A stretch of 64,000 nt of DNA, from NCBI RefSeq assembly GCF_001194135.2, contig NC_068986.1, positions 38,858,249-38,922,248 on the forward strand, written 5' to 3'. The position numbers were made by a program, and so were the translations under genes. The number at the start of each line of letters is the position of its first letter. Within the stretch, counting starts at the first letter, position 1. Source of the DNA: Octopus bimaculoides. Taxonomy: Eukaryota. This document shows positions 51,201 through 62,996 of this stretch, one piece after another. The notes beneath the pieces are model-generated. The model saw nothing but the letters and a program-made list of their open reading frames with translations, had not been told where the DNA came from and ran no database searches.

Positions 51201-52883
51201 GAATGTGGTAGATTGAAACTGAAAAAGAAACCTGTTGCATGTGTATATATGTCTATATACAAGTATGTGTGTGTACATGCTCATGAGTGTGTCAGCATTT
51301 GTTTATATCTGCTGCATGCATTTTTGGAAAATAGGTAAGAGTTAGAATCAAGATTATACAGCTGTAAAACAAATACTTCAATAACATATTTGTAAAATTT
51401 GGAAACCAACTACAAGCTACTAAAAGACAAATATTTAAATATTATCCGAGTAACCCATCATTGCCAGACTTTTGGAATAACACATCCACATAAGTTGGAT
51501 TTTCTGTCTTGATGGGGATTTTTCAAAATTTTTTTTTTTTCGTTTTGCACACCCTTGCAAATGATTGTGGGGGAGACCTTTTTATGAAAAAACATAGTTG
51601 AAAATTTAAATTTTTCACACACAACCTCTCACCTCCCACCTCCCCCACTCAATACTGATTTTGGCCAATGTTTTTTTTGCACTACACACTTAAAACAATG
51701 GGAGAAGCCTTGAAAGTTAAAAATAGAAAATAAAATTGTGAAATTACAATTCCTATTTCCTTTGTTTTCAAACAGAAAATGAAACGTAATTTACAAACAA
51801 TAGTGGTATTTTTAAAAAAGTTTACATTAACTCCATCCCCACCCTCATTAATCCTAAAATTTTGGCTTTCTTTTTTTTTTCAAAAAAAATTTGTTAATCA
51901 TAATTTTACAATACAGACAGTCCAAATCTGCAATTTGTTTCTGTTTATAATTTCAAAATTATTTTCAGATGAAAAGGTAATTTAAGGGAGATTTAGCTGT
52001 TGTTTCTAGCATATCCCACAACCACCTGGTACCTTCCTCATTTCTTTGACACTCTGACATGTTTTTCAATATTTTTCTCCCAATTTTATGAAATGATCAT
52101 GCAGTAGTCCATTGTTGGGATTTAAGCAACAACAAAAAATTTTATTTACATTTTAAACACCACCCTACATCAAGCGAGCCTATGTACATGCATGTGTATG
52201 TGTGTGTGTGTAAGAAAAAACATATTTACTGGCAGAAAAGTAGGCTATTAAAATAAATTATCTTTTACATGCCTTTTTAAAATCACATGCAGATACACAC
52301 ACACACTCAGCATGCACAACATACTTTTATAAGGAATGAAAAAGTCTACCATTAGAAAAAAAGTGATAGAAACAGATTTTGAAATTTTAAAATGAAGTGA
52401 AAATGTTCAAATTTGGTATACTGATGTACTTTTTCATGATAAATCTGAGTTTGTGATTCATTTATTCCAGAAAAATGTCAGAGATTTTAAAGTTTGATCA
52501 TTTTTATCCAATCAGAAAACAGGATTTGGAAGCTAAGCATTTTGTGCATGATAAGCTATATAGCATAAAATGAAAGTAAACATTAGAAGATGAAGGAGGT
52601 TTTAAACAAATTGAAAGCTATGTGTGAGAGTTGACACATACACAAAGAGAGTGAGTGTCAAAGAGTATGATAAATGCATAGAGAGATAGAGAGTGGGAGA
52701 TTTGTCAATCTAAAAGCTGAGTTATTTCTAGTAGCAAATTATATTTTATTATTATTTACAAATGATATAGTCTTCGGGATGTAGATTTCAAAAATCAAAT
52801 TTGTTTTTATCGAAGATGCACCACTTCAGAGCCTTTTTATGCTAAGCACACATAACTGCATACATTCACACTTATATACTCTC

Positions 52884-52940
<57 letters not shown>

Positions 52941-54896
52941 TCATTGTTTAACGTCTGCTTTCCATGCTGGCATGGGTCGGACGGTTTGACTGAGGACTGG
53001 CAAACCAGAAGGCTACACCAGGTTCAATCTGATCTGGCAAAGTTTCTACAGCTGGATGCCCTTCCTAATGCCAACCACTCTGAGAGTGTAGTGGGTGTTT
53101 TTACGTGCCACCGGCATGAGGGTCAGTCAAGCAGTTCTGGCAACAACCACGCTCAAAAGGTGTTTTTTTACGTGCTACCTGCACGGGAGCCAGTCCAGCT
53201 GCACTGGTAACGACCATGCTCGAATGTTTTTCATGTGCCAGTAAGGCAATGCTGTCAATGATCATGCTCAAATGGTGCTTTTCACGTGTCACATGCACGG
53301 AGCCAATCCATGGCCCTGGCAACAATCACGCTCAGATGTGCTTTTAACATTCCACTAGCACGAGTGCCAATCAGGTGATACTCTCATTGGCCACATCAGC
53401 GATTTTGATTTGTTGACACTTGCCTCAAGCAAAGCAAAGTTTATTGTCCAATGAATGAGGAGTATTCATAAGTGGGCTGGTTACACCCACTGGCATAGGC
53501 CATGGGCTATGGTCTCACTTGGCTTGTCGGGTCTTCTCAAGCACAGCATATCTCCAAAGATCTCAGTCACTAGTCATTGCCATGGTAAGGCCCAATGTTT
53601 GAAGGTTGTGTTTCACCACCTCATCCCAGGTTTTCCTGGGTCTACCTCTTCCACAAGTTCCCTCAACTGCTAGGGTGTGACACTTTTTCACACAGCTATC
53701 CTCATTCATTCGCAACACATGACCATACCGGTGCAGTTGTCCCTCTTGCACACCACATCTGATGCTTCTTAAATCCAACTTTTCTCTCAAGGCGTTACAC
53801 TCTGTCATGTATGCACACTGACATTACACATCCAGCAGAGCATACTGGTTTCATTCCTTGCAAGCTTNNNNNNNNNNNNNNNNNNNNNNNNNNNNNNNNN
53901 NNNNNNNNNNNNNNATATATATATGCTGAGATTCCCCCTTCGGTCATGACTGACCATGGGATGGCACCTAGAAAGTTACCCTCCTAGGCACAATTCCAGG
54001 CAAGGTCGTTTTTATGGAAGACCAGAAGTCACCCATACATACCAGCCATCCCTCACAATGCCACTGATGTTATCCAAAGGAAAGGCAAAGGCTGATACAG
54101 CTTGGCACCAGTGACGTCGCAACTCATTTCTACAGCTGAGTGAACTGAAATAAAGTGTCTTGCTCAAGAACACAACACACAGCCCGTTCCGGGATTAAAA
54201 CTCACAACCTCCCAATCATAAGCTCAATGCTCTAACCACTGAGCCATGTACCTTCACATGTATTAGGCTTCGTGCAAATTTATATTTCATAGCTCCTTAA
54301 AGCTATCATAACTGCGTTCCACCCATGCTACTACTGGTGATATCATCAAATTTTGAATTTATCCACAGATGATATGAACAGTAGTGACATCTAACTTCAA
54401 ATCTCAGTGTTTGGATATTTCATTTATATATTTTTACGCACCATGTGCTCTGATTTTAACGCAAAACAAAACCAGTTGCACAGTCAGAGACTAACGTGAA
54501 CAGTCATGGATTTAAACTGGTAGTCCACACTGACGAGGCTCAAGGTTGAATAACCAAAAGCCGAAACCTGGTTTGTGGATATCCCTAATTGCATAATATT
54601 TTTATTTGTGCTGTTAAATGTTTTAATTCTTTCTGTTTTCCTCGCACACTGTTTTTCTCTGTTATATTGGTGTGCTACGGTGGATTATTTAAGACTGGGC
54701 TCTTATTTCTAGCAGGTAGATGCTCATTAAGCATCATTACGCTTCGTGCAAATTTATATTTCATAGCTCCTTAAAGCTATCATAACTGCGTTCCACCCAT
54801 GCTACTACTGGTGATATCAAATTTTGAATTTATCCACAGATGATATGAACAGTAGTGACATCTAACTTCAAATCTCAGTGTTTGAATATTTCATTT

Positions 54897-54947
<51 letters not shown>

Positions 54948-56421
54948 TACACACAATATCACTATAAATGCATACATATCTGCATATATGTAAATAAATA
55001 TATGTACACATAAATAGATACCTTTATATACATAAGCACATTTGCATATCTACAAACATATATAGATACACATACCCAAATACATACGTATAATATACAT
55101 TCACATTGTTTTAAGATCCACTTTTCCATACTTGCATGAGTCAGATTGAATTTGTTGAGGCGAATTTTCTACAGCCAAATGCCCTTCCTGTCACCAACCC
55201 TCACCTGTTTCCAAGCAAGGTAATATTTTTCCCTGGCCAGACATGTTTTCACACAAGATTGGAAACAAAGAACATCACCTGCATGAAGGTAACACACATA
55301 TACATATTTGACAGGCTTCTTTTAGTCATTAGTCATTGGTGAGCCTGGGAAAGTCTGTCCAAGGTGCAATACAGTAGGACTGAAACCAAAACCATGTAAT
55401 AGCCTGTCATGCTAGCATGGGTTGCACAATTTGACAGGAGTTGGCCAGGTAGACGACTACCCCAGGCTACTGTGTCTGTTTTTGCATGTGAGATGCCCTT
55501 TCGAACACCAACCAGCCCTCAGAGTGGACTGAGTGCTTTTTACAGGGCACCAACACAAGTGGTCAGTTTTGGTGTGGTCTTTACAGCCAGATGCTCTTCC
55601 AAATGCCAACCACTGCACAGTGTGGACTGAATGCCTTTTATGTGGTACCAGCAGGGTCACCAAGTAACTGGCAAAACAAGGAAATCAAAGAGGAGAGGGA
55701 GCACTGGAGGAGGTGATCTTGTGTCAGATGATGAAAGGTTAGAGTGTGACAGAGAGACAGAAACAGGTGTCTTGCTGTAGAAGAGGTACATAGTTACCCG
55801 GCTAGAGAGAGAGAGAGAGAGCAAGACAGAAAGAGAGAGGTAACAAGAAAGAGAACAGAAACATTTGCCAAAGAGGACCAAGTCCAAAACCACATGGTTC
55901 AGAAGCAAACTTCTCAATCACACATCCTGCACCCACACACACACACACTTTGCCCGAAATGCCACTACATGTCAGCTTTAGCAAATGACCGTCTTCTATA
56001 GCTCCAAGCCAACAAAAGTATTGGGAGTAGATTTGGTATGTGGAAACTGAAAGAAACCTGTTGTGTGCACTTGTGTATAGAGGTAAGTGTATATGACATA
56101 CATATATGTATGCTTGTATGGGTATGCGAGTGTGTGGGTGAGTGTGTGTATGTCTGTCTCCTTGTCTTGACATTGCAAGTGTTGTAAATGCTATTCATTT
56201 CTAATAGCCTGCAACATGTCTGGCCACAGAAAAATATAAAAACATATATGTGTATACACAACAGACTTCCTTCAATTTCCATCAACCAAATCTATTCTCA
56301 AGGCTTTCGTCAACCTGGGACTATAGCTGAAAACACTTGCCAAAAAGTGCCATACAGGAGGACCGAGTTCAAAACCACATGGTTCAGAAGTAAACTTCTC
56401 AATCACACAGCCATGCCTGCA

Positions 56422-56460
<39 letters not shown>

Positions 56461-56682
56461 CATAGTTGTGGCCAATGCCAGTATCACTGGCACCCATGCC
56501 GGTGGCACACAAAAAGCACCCATTATGTTCTTGGAGTGGGAAGGACATCCAGAGGTAGAAACCATACTAAATCAGACTAGAACCTGGTGCAGCTCCCCAG
56601 CTTACCAATTTCAGTCAAACCATCTAACCCATGCCAGCATGGAAAGCAGATGCTAAATAATGATGATGATGATGATATATAT

Positions 56683-56718
<36 letters not shown>

Positions 56719-59700
56719 GTGTATGTATGTGTGTATGTATGTACATATACGTATCTCTACATACATACGTACATGATCATGGCTGTTCACCCGTGACCAA
56801 GAAAGACCATCACTGACCATTGCCCTTGCAAAATGATAGCAATGTCTGAGCATAAGGTTATTTCACCTTCAGGTGGCTTCACCTGGGCTTGCACCCATAG
56901 CTTCCATGTTCATCTCCTACTCAACCAGACATCGGAGGAGTCACCTTGACAGTGAGGCAGCATATTTACACACACACACAGAGTCTCTTGCTATTTCTGC
57001 TTCACAGGCCACATAACAGTGTTTTGCCTGGCCTTAGATTCTGGAACCTTAATCTCAAGGCATTTTCCTCTCAAAACCCATGCTCCTTTCAGCCTCAATT
57101 TACGACCCTAACATACACTTACCTTAACACCTCCTACAACACCCTGGACTGAATAGTAGGCATGGCTATGTGGTTAAGTTATTTTCTTCACAACCACATT
57201 GTTTCAGGTTCACTCCCCCACATAAACAACATCTGACAATGTCACTAATGCAGACATGCCTACACAAGCAGGTATGCACATGCATACACAATCAAATAAG
57301 TATTATTTGTATCATTTATATGCACATGTGCAAAATATACGAGTCACATTTCTGTGTCACACACACACACACCTATAAGATATACACAAACACAATTAGT
57401 CCCACATGCATAAAAAAAATTACTCTTCGAGACAGGGCATAGTGGTTAGGGTGTTGCTTTCACGATTGCTAGATTAGGAGTTTGATTCCTAGACCAGGTA
57501 GCATGTTGTGTTTTTGAGCAAAACTTCATTTCACATTGATCTAGCACTGTGTGGGGACTGGCATGTCAGAAAATAGACCCATTTCCTCTATGTGCTGTAA
57601 AAGGTGACCAAAAGAAGTTGAGAAAGGATTTGCAATCATCATCATCATCATCAGTTAACATCCATTGTCCATGCTCACATTGATCGGATGGTTTGACCGG
57701 GGCTGGCAAGCTGGAAGGCTGGACCAGACTCCACCCTAATTTGACATGGTTTTTTACAGCTTGATGTCCTTCCTAATGCCAACTACTCCAAGAGTATAAT
57801 GGGTGCTTTTATGTGCCACCGGCATGGGTGCCATTTGTGTGACACCAGTATCTGCCACGAATGCAATTTTGCTCAGCTTCACAGATCTTCTTCTCAAGAC
57901 AACATAATGCCTAAGATCTCAGTCATTGCCTCCGTGAGGTCCAACACTTAAAAGGAACTCAGCCACTTCACCTCCATGAGACCCAATGCTCAAAAGGAAG
58001 TTAGCCACTTTGCCTCTGTGAGGCCTAACACTCAAAAGGAACTCGGCCACTTAGCCTCCGTGAGGCCCAATGCTCAAAAGGAACTCAGCCACTTTGCCTC
58101 CGTGAGACCCAATGCCAACTTGTAAAACTCTCACCAGCAATGACTACCTCAACAGACTCATGGGTTGGAGGGTTATCACCTGAGTGGTACAAAGGTGTCA
58201 TCCACTGGTGGATGCAGCAATGCGCTATTACACTGCATGACCCCCATACTACTACAATTACTACATGACTCCCACACACACTAACACATATACAATCATG
58301 TAATACCTTGCATATGCTCTTATATCTGAAAACCTTCCATTTAGCCCAATATTTAACTGCCAGTCATTCAACAGCCAGCTTGTACATAAACACATATCCA
58401 CATACACATGCGCACAGTCTCACATACAAATATGTCACAAAGAGAAACTATGCATGCACAAAAAAAACTACTTTTCCAAATCCCTCTTTCAGACACACAC
58501 ACAATCACACTTACACATATAAACACATACACACACTTTGCCTTGAATTCACTCTGTCTTCAAACACTTCACTTAGCCCACCATCCTACTTCTAACTCTG
58601 TATGTATTTTTCACTGAGATTGTTGGTGCCATGTAAAAAGCACTCAGTCCACTCTGTAAAGCGGTTGGTATTAAGGACATTCAGCCATACCCTGCCAAAA
58701 CAGTGAAGCCTGGTGCAGTCTTCTGCCTAGCCTATGTCAAACTGCCAACCCATGCCAGCATGCAAAATGGATGTTAAATGATGATGATGATGGCACTTCT
58801 TTTTTCGGATTTTCTTCACCTTTTTTCCTCTCTTCCCATTCTACCTCAACTCCCCCCACCCAATAAAAACAATGGACTGGCCCCTGTGCAGGTGGCACGC
58901 AAAATACACCATTTTGAGCGTGGCCGTCACCAGTACCACCTGACTGGCCCTTGTGTCAGTGGAATGTAAAAGCACCCACTACACTCTCGGAGTGGTTGGC
59001 GTTAGGAAGGGCATCCAGCTGTAGAAACTCTGCCAAATCAGATTGGAGCCTGGTGTCGCCTTCTGGTCCACCAGTCTTCAGTCAAATCGTCCAACCCATG
59101 CTAGCATGGAAAGCGTACATTAAACGACGATGATGATGTCATGTAACAACTCATTCTATTTCCAGTATCAAGCTAATAATTTTGATCATGAAACTTTTTT
59201 TTAGGGTTCCACCTGCAATATGTGTGTGTGTGTAAATATATATATATGAACATATATACATATATATTAATATACACACACACAACACATGCGTACCCAC
59301 TAACTTCCATACAAATACAGTACATGTGTGTGTGTGTGTGTGTGTGTGCAATCATCATTTAATGTCCATTTTCCATGCTGGTATGGGTTAGACAGTTTGA
59401 CAGGAGCTGGTAAGTTAAGTAACCACTCCAGGTTCCACTGTTTGTTTTGGAATGGTTTCTGCAGCTAACCACTTTACAGAATAATGTACTGAGTGCTTTT
59501 TATGTGGCACCAGTACTAACAGGTTGACCAAGCACCTTGCAAAATTTTTAAAAAAACCTTCAACTGGGAAAAGAGTAGTATTAAGGGGGTGTAGCTTTGT
59601 GCCAGTTCAGAGATCTAAGGTATAGAAAGGACAGATAAGGTGTCTCACAGTAGAGTAGATACAGGGATACCCCAGTTGGAAAACTTAAGATAGTGAGACA

Positions 59701-62700
59701 AAGAGAGTGATAGTGAGAGACATGAAGGCAAAGACATATCAGGACATGAATGTGTTTGTGTTTGCATTCCTATACACACACTCACACATACAAATATATA
59801 CAGCTGTTTTCTTCTTTGACTTCTTATTTTCTTTGGTTTTTGCACAAGCTGAGTTTGTGTGTGTGTGTGTGTGTGTGTGTATTATCAACATCATTTAATG
59901 TTCATTGACCATGCTGGCATGGGTTGGATGGTGTGACCAGAGATGGCAAGCTGAGGAGCTGCACTAGATTCCTTTCTGATTTGGCATGCCCTTCCTAACA
60001 TCAAATATATATTACTTATATTATTATACATATTATATATACACATATGCATACATACATATATACATAGGAGCAAACATAGCTGTGTTAAGTTTCCTTC
60101 ACAACTACATCATTTTGGGCTCAATTACACTTGGCAGAATCAGTAGTAGAATCTGGTAGACAGAAACTTTACAGACCCCAATCAAACACACACACATTTT
60201 TTTTATATACATACACACATATATATACTTATGTTTGCTTTTACAGCCATTTTTACACCCATGAATTAGATGAAAATATTATTGAAACATTGTTTGAGGA
60301 TAAGTGTGTGGCCCTTCCTGTAGCTAACCCTTACCTGTTTTTCAAGTAAGCAATCTCATATTCTATACAAACATCAAAGGTGCAAAGCAATCAGATGATT
60401 TGTTGTTGAGAACTGAAAACAATAACAGTGACAGTGTTTCACAACTTTCATAAATGAAAACAGGATGTAAACAAACACAAAGACATACACAGGCATAAGC
60501 ACACACACAAATACTCATGAGTATTTTTTCAGGTTCCATTTACCAAGTCCACTCACAAGTCTTTAGTCAGCCTGAGGCTATAGTAGAAGAAACTTGCCCA
60601 AAGTATCATACAACAGAGAAATATTGCCAGACACGTTTTTCATGGAAGGCCAGAAACAAACAACAATGCTTATATGACAGGATGCTCATCTACAATCATC
60701 ATGTGATGTCAAGAAAAGAGTGCACACAAAAACATACGACGGGCTTCTTTAAGTTTTTGTCAACCAAATCCACTCACAAGGTTTTGGTTGGCCCAGACTA
60801 CCATAGAAAACACATGCCCAAGAAATTAGATAGTGGAACTGACCCTGAGACCACATGGTTGGAAAACAACTTCCCAACAACACAGCTGTTTGATTCATTG
60901 TGAGTGTGTGTATGTTGGTGTCTCCTTGTCTTGACACTGTGTGATTGTTGTAAATTAATTTCTTTCATTTCCAATATTCTGCGAAAACATGCCTGGTTGT
61001 GGGGAAATATTACCATGTTTGGAAAAAGTAATGGCTGAAAACAGGAAGGCATCCAGCTGTAGCAAATTTGCCTCAATAAATTCCATCTGACCCATGCAAG
61101 CATGCCAAAGTGGATGTTGAAATGATGAGGGCATGTGTGTGTTGTGTGCATTTAGAGAGAGAAAGAAACAAAGACAAAGAAAGAGCAAATTTTGAAAATT
61201 TTCTATAATCATAGACAAAATGATTCTGTCAAAAGAACTTTCTGGAACAATTCCATGTTTTGCTCCTTTTACAAATAATATAGAAAATAAGTAATGAAAG
61301 AACAAATCTCTAGGCCCTCGAGTTCCTTGCATAGTTTCACAGCAAATAATACATGAATACTCTACATATCTAGCTCTATTTTCTCATTTGTTATAAAAAT
61401 ATTTATAAACTTAAAACTATAATGCTCAAGAATGTGGAAAAATCAATTTGTAACAAAGAAAACACCTTTGATATTTTACTCTAATTCAGAAGCTTATTTT
61501 TAGAAAAACTCTTAAATCCAGCACTCAAGAGAAAGGGGATTTTATATTTACAATACTTTATAAAACGTATTTTAAGAAAGATTGCTTCATTAAAAATTCA
61601 TTCAACAAGAAAAAAATTAAAGCTACATTTTGAAAATGGAATATTTTTGTTTAATAAGCTTTACTTAGAAACTTAGTTGCCATAAATGTCACTAAGCAGA
61701 TTAATATAATGCTTTTTTAATTATAACTTAATACTAGTTAGGATCATTGAGTAATCTGAGTTGGGCTAATTATTAAGGGTTTATTATTAATTATATATGC
61801 AATGTGAATAACAAGTTGTCCATTTTCATTCAATATTAAAAAATATATTTATATTTTTTTATTGAAAAAACATGAACAAATAGTGAAATATGATAGGATG
61901 CCAATCAGGGAAAGAAAGATTCTCTATTTGAATGCACAGCACACAAATAGCTAAATTCTAAAGAGAAACCTTGAAATGAATATATGTTTCCTATATAATT
62001 TTAGCATAAAACTAGGATAGTTGGGGTTCACATATCTTCTCAACAAGTCAAAGAAAATACACCAACATCTAAAGGTATTAAAGTGAATGTTAATGATAGA
62101 GTAAAGCACTTGAGGTCTGAAGCAGTCAGTTTTCAAAACATTTAAGTTCAGCTACACTAAAGCAAAATATCAATGTCTCACTGGTTGTGACAGATTAATG
62201 GTAGCCATTAAAAATTATATACTATATGCAGTAAATGACAAAGCAGTTTTTAATAACCTGATTATTAGTCAATAGATAAGCAACAGAATATGTAGACATA
62301 AAATCAGCCAAATGAAAGGGAATAATACATGGCATCAGCTGGGGATTTTCGGACACACAAAAAAAACTGTTGAGAAGGTACATACATAGAAATACACAAA
62401 CTCTTGAACTTGCAGAATAAAACTATAAAAACTGGAAAGAAATTTCTCAAAATGATACTATCAAGTTGAATATATCTATTTAGACATTTTTAATAAGTTG
62501 ATGTGGGCTCAAATTTTATACTCAATGCATAAACAAAGCAGTATTTATTTTGCCACTCCAGGACTTAATGTGCTTACATGCACTCAGCTTCACTAAGTAA
62601 AGTCAAGTTAGGACACAGGTTTGTGGGACTAGATTCAGAATGACAAATTTCCTTATAAAATTTGCCACTGAAACTGGAACTGCTTTGTGAAGGAGTTCAC

Positions 62701-62996
62701 TTCAATTACAAATTATCCTGAATTAGCCATGACTATTTGTTCAAATCATACATACAGATATATGAATATAGAAAACAGCCAACTTATTAAAAGCATAATC
62801 ACTTAGAATATTAAACATGAAGCTGCTTATGTTTTATTAATAATTTTCCTACTGAACTTTGAGTAATTAAAATGACTTTGTTAAAAATAATTCACTACAC
62901 ACCAACTGCTCGAAATAGGCAAGCACCATCCTCTCCCATTTTTTTCACTGTAAATCCTTTTTTTTCTTTCAGTGTTGCTTCAAACCAATGCTCCAA
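24920..62996 (-). CDS. OTUD5: OTU domain-containing deubiquitinase 5, 9 coding exons (N-terminal exon(s) beyond 64000)
   Basis: complement join(62903-62996,48237-48301,38462-38618,34810-34958,33900-33962,29234-29365,26973-27282,25508-25654,24920-25074) = 1272 nt, open to TAA, all GT-AG and in phase. OTU Cys box [10 protein letters not shown], His box [26 protein letters not shown], and C-terminal UIM-like [17 protein letters not shown]. Confidence 0.97.
25508..25654 (-). CDS. OTUD5: OTUD5 exon (GCPKSPQLG…[16 protein letters not shown])
   Basis: ttatag acceptor, gtaagt donor, phase 1 to 1. Confidence 0.9.
26973..27282 (-). CDS. OTUD5: OTUD5 polyQ exon ([11 protein letters not shown]…[11 protein letters not shown]25[14 protein letters not shown])
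   Basis: gttactag acceptor, gtatat donor, phase 0 to 1; begins with the recalled OTUD5 SATCSS motif. Confidence 0.9.
27016..27117 (-). repeat. Coding (CAA/CAG)n polyglutamine tract
   Basis: [10 protein letters not shown]25 in the OTUD5 frame, mixed codons. Confidence 0.92.
27684..27771. repeat. Perfect 39-bp inverted repeat with 10-nt spacer
   Basis: T12AAATAAATCCATAGGATATCATCATCA and its exact reverse complement at 27733-27771. Confidence 0.9.
29234..29365 (-). CDS. OTUD5: OTUD5 exon ([44 protein letters not shown])
   Basis: tctttcag acceptor, gtaaga donor; ORF 29147..29362. Confidence 0.95.
29647..30460 (-). mobile_element. RTE LINE copy spanning an N gap
   Basis: (CAT)n terminus left of the gap; KGLSLSVKGR-type RTE coding sequence right of it. 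Confidence 0.7.
30663..31344 (+). mobile_element. Tc1 (DD34E) transposon remnant
   Basis: ICSDESRF…MVWGAIW…EDGAPCHTA…[13 protein letters not shown]; D at 30947 and E at 31052 are separated by 34 codons; ends …CTGTA. Confidence 0.9.
31348..31830 (+). mobile_element. Chapaev3-like (CMC) transposase remnant
   Basis: [19 protein letters not shown]…GVFTGPQI…FLGNHKAEN…GCRMS*KINFLHS…; family name assigned from memory. Confidence 0.7.
33420..33800 (-). mobile_element. Degenerate RTE LINE fragment
   Basis: Similar in sequence to the KGLSL…RLYDACVR coding region of the other RTE copies. Confidence 0.55.
33900..33962 (-). CDS. OTUD5: OTUD5 exon ([21 protein letters not shown])
   Basis: tatttcag acceptor, gtaagt donor, 63 nt phase 0 to 0. 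Confidence 0.93.
34810..34958 (-). CDS. OTUD5: OTUD5 exon ([50 protein letters not shown])
   Basis: ttatttag acceptor, gtaagt donor; catalytic His box. Confidence 0.97.
35729..38250 (+). mobile_element. Internally deleted piggyBac interrupted by an RTE LINE
   Basis: TTAA-CCCT left end, AAGG-TTAA right end; transposase C-terminus KNAVLLLST…[12 protein letters not shown]…[15 protein letters not shown] and Cys-rich tail (37360-37921). Confidence 0.75.
36016..37343 (+). mobile_element. 5'-truncated RTE LINE (best-preserved coding copy)
   Basis: [13 protein letters not shown]-like finger, ORF 36179..36823 ([12 protein letters not shown]…RRLRWYGH…[14 protein letters not shown]), 3'UTR, GAT tail. 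Confidence 0.93.
38462..38618 (-). CDS. OTUD5: OTUD5 exon ([52 protein letters not shown])
   Basis: tttgcag acceptor, gtaagc donor; ORF 38385..38624. Confidence 0.97.
42040..43800 (+). mobile_element. Decayed CR1/Jockey-group LINE (APE + RT)
   Basis: In-order remnants: [23 protein letters not shown]…[15 protein letters not shown]…STGDLL, ISKDF, YAD(V). Confidence 0.7.
43905..44443 (+). mobile_element. RTE LINE 3'UTR copy
   Basis: Internal ~60-bp units, GCATGAAAAGTGAACATTAAACG and GATGA tail. Confidence 0.8.
44445..44800 (+). mobile_element. Tc1/mariner-superfamily transposase fragment
   Basis: ORF 44448..44669 [10 protein letters not shown]…[25 protein letters not shown] resembles the TKxPxxVMVxxxVxSxG segment. 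Confidence 0.55.
45600..46105 (+). mobile_element. RTE LINE 3'UTR with ~62-bp tandem array
   Basis: Five units 45604-45925, then the conserved terminus and (GAT)n. Confidence 0.88.
46205..46495 (-). mobile_element. RTE LINE 3'UTR copy, inverted relative to the preceding copy
   Basis: (CAT)n terminus; about 5 differences from the 45927-46100 copy over ~165 nt. Confidence 0.88.
47570..48172 (+). mobile_element. Two RTE 3'UTR copies next to the OTUD5 65-bp exon
   Basis: 47570-47838 and 48030-48172, each ending GCATGGAAAGCGGAC(A/G)TTAAA(C)GATGATG. Confidence 0.82.
48237..48301 (-). CDS. OTUD5: OTUD5 exon ([22 protein letters not shown])
   Basis: tttcctag acceptor, gtgagt donor, phase 1 to 0; too short for the ORF track. 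Confidence 0.95.
52940..53867 (-). mobile_element. RTE LINE 3' fragment
   Basis: ORF 53563..53808 [24 protein letters not shown]…[13 protein letters not shown]; 3'UTR; truncated by a gap. Confidence 0.9.
54267..54899 (+). mobile_element. 474-bp partially tandem non-coding element carrying the hammerhead (retrozyme or Penelope pLTR-like)
   Basis: 54267-54428 recurs at 54741-54899 with one substitution and one 3-nt indel; no ORF seen; followed by (TA)n. Confidence 0.6.
54524..54579 (+). ncRNA. Type I hammerhead ribozyme motif
   Basis: Stem I UCCACA(54524-29)/UGUGGA(54574-79); core CUGACGA (54530-36); stem II GGCU/AGCC capped by GGUU-GAAU-AACC; GAAA (54563-66); short stem III ACC-U-GGU; predicted cleavage after GUU at 54573. 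Confidence 0.8.
57929..58114. repeat. 42-bp minisatellite (~4.4 copies) inside an RTE fragment
   Basis: Unit CCTCCGTGAGGCCCAATGCTCAAAAGGAACTCAGCCACTTTG. Confidence 0.85.
58620..59138 (+). mobile_element. Two RTE 3'UTR copies
   Basis: Conserved termini at ~58790 and ~59135. Confidence 0.78.
62903..62996 (-). CDS. OTUD5: OTUD5 exon ([31 protein letters not shown])
   Basis: tttcag acceptor, gtgtgt donor; catalytic D..C box. Confidence 0.95.
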
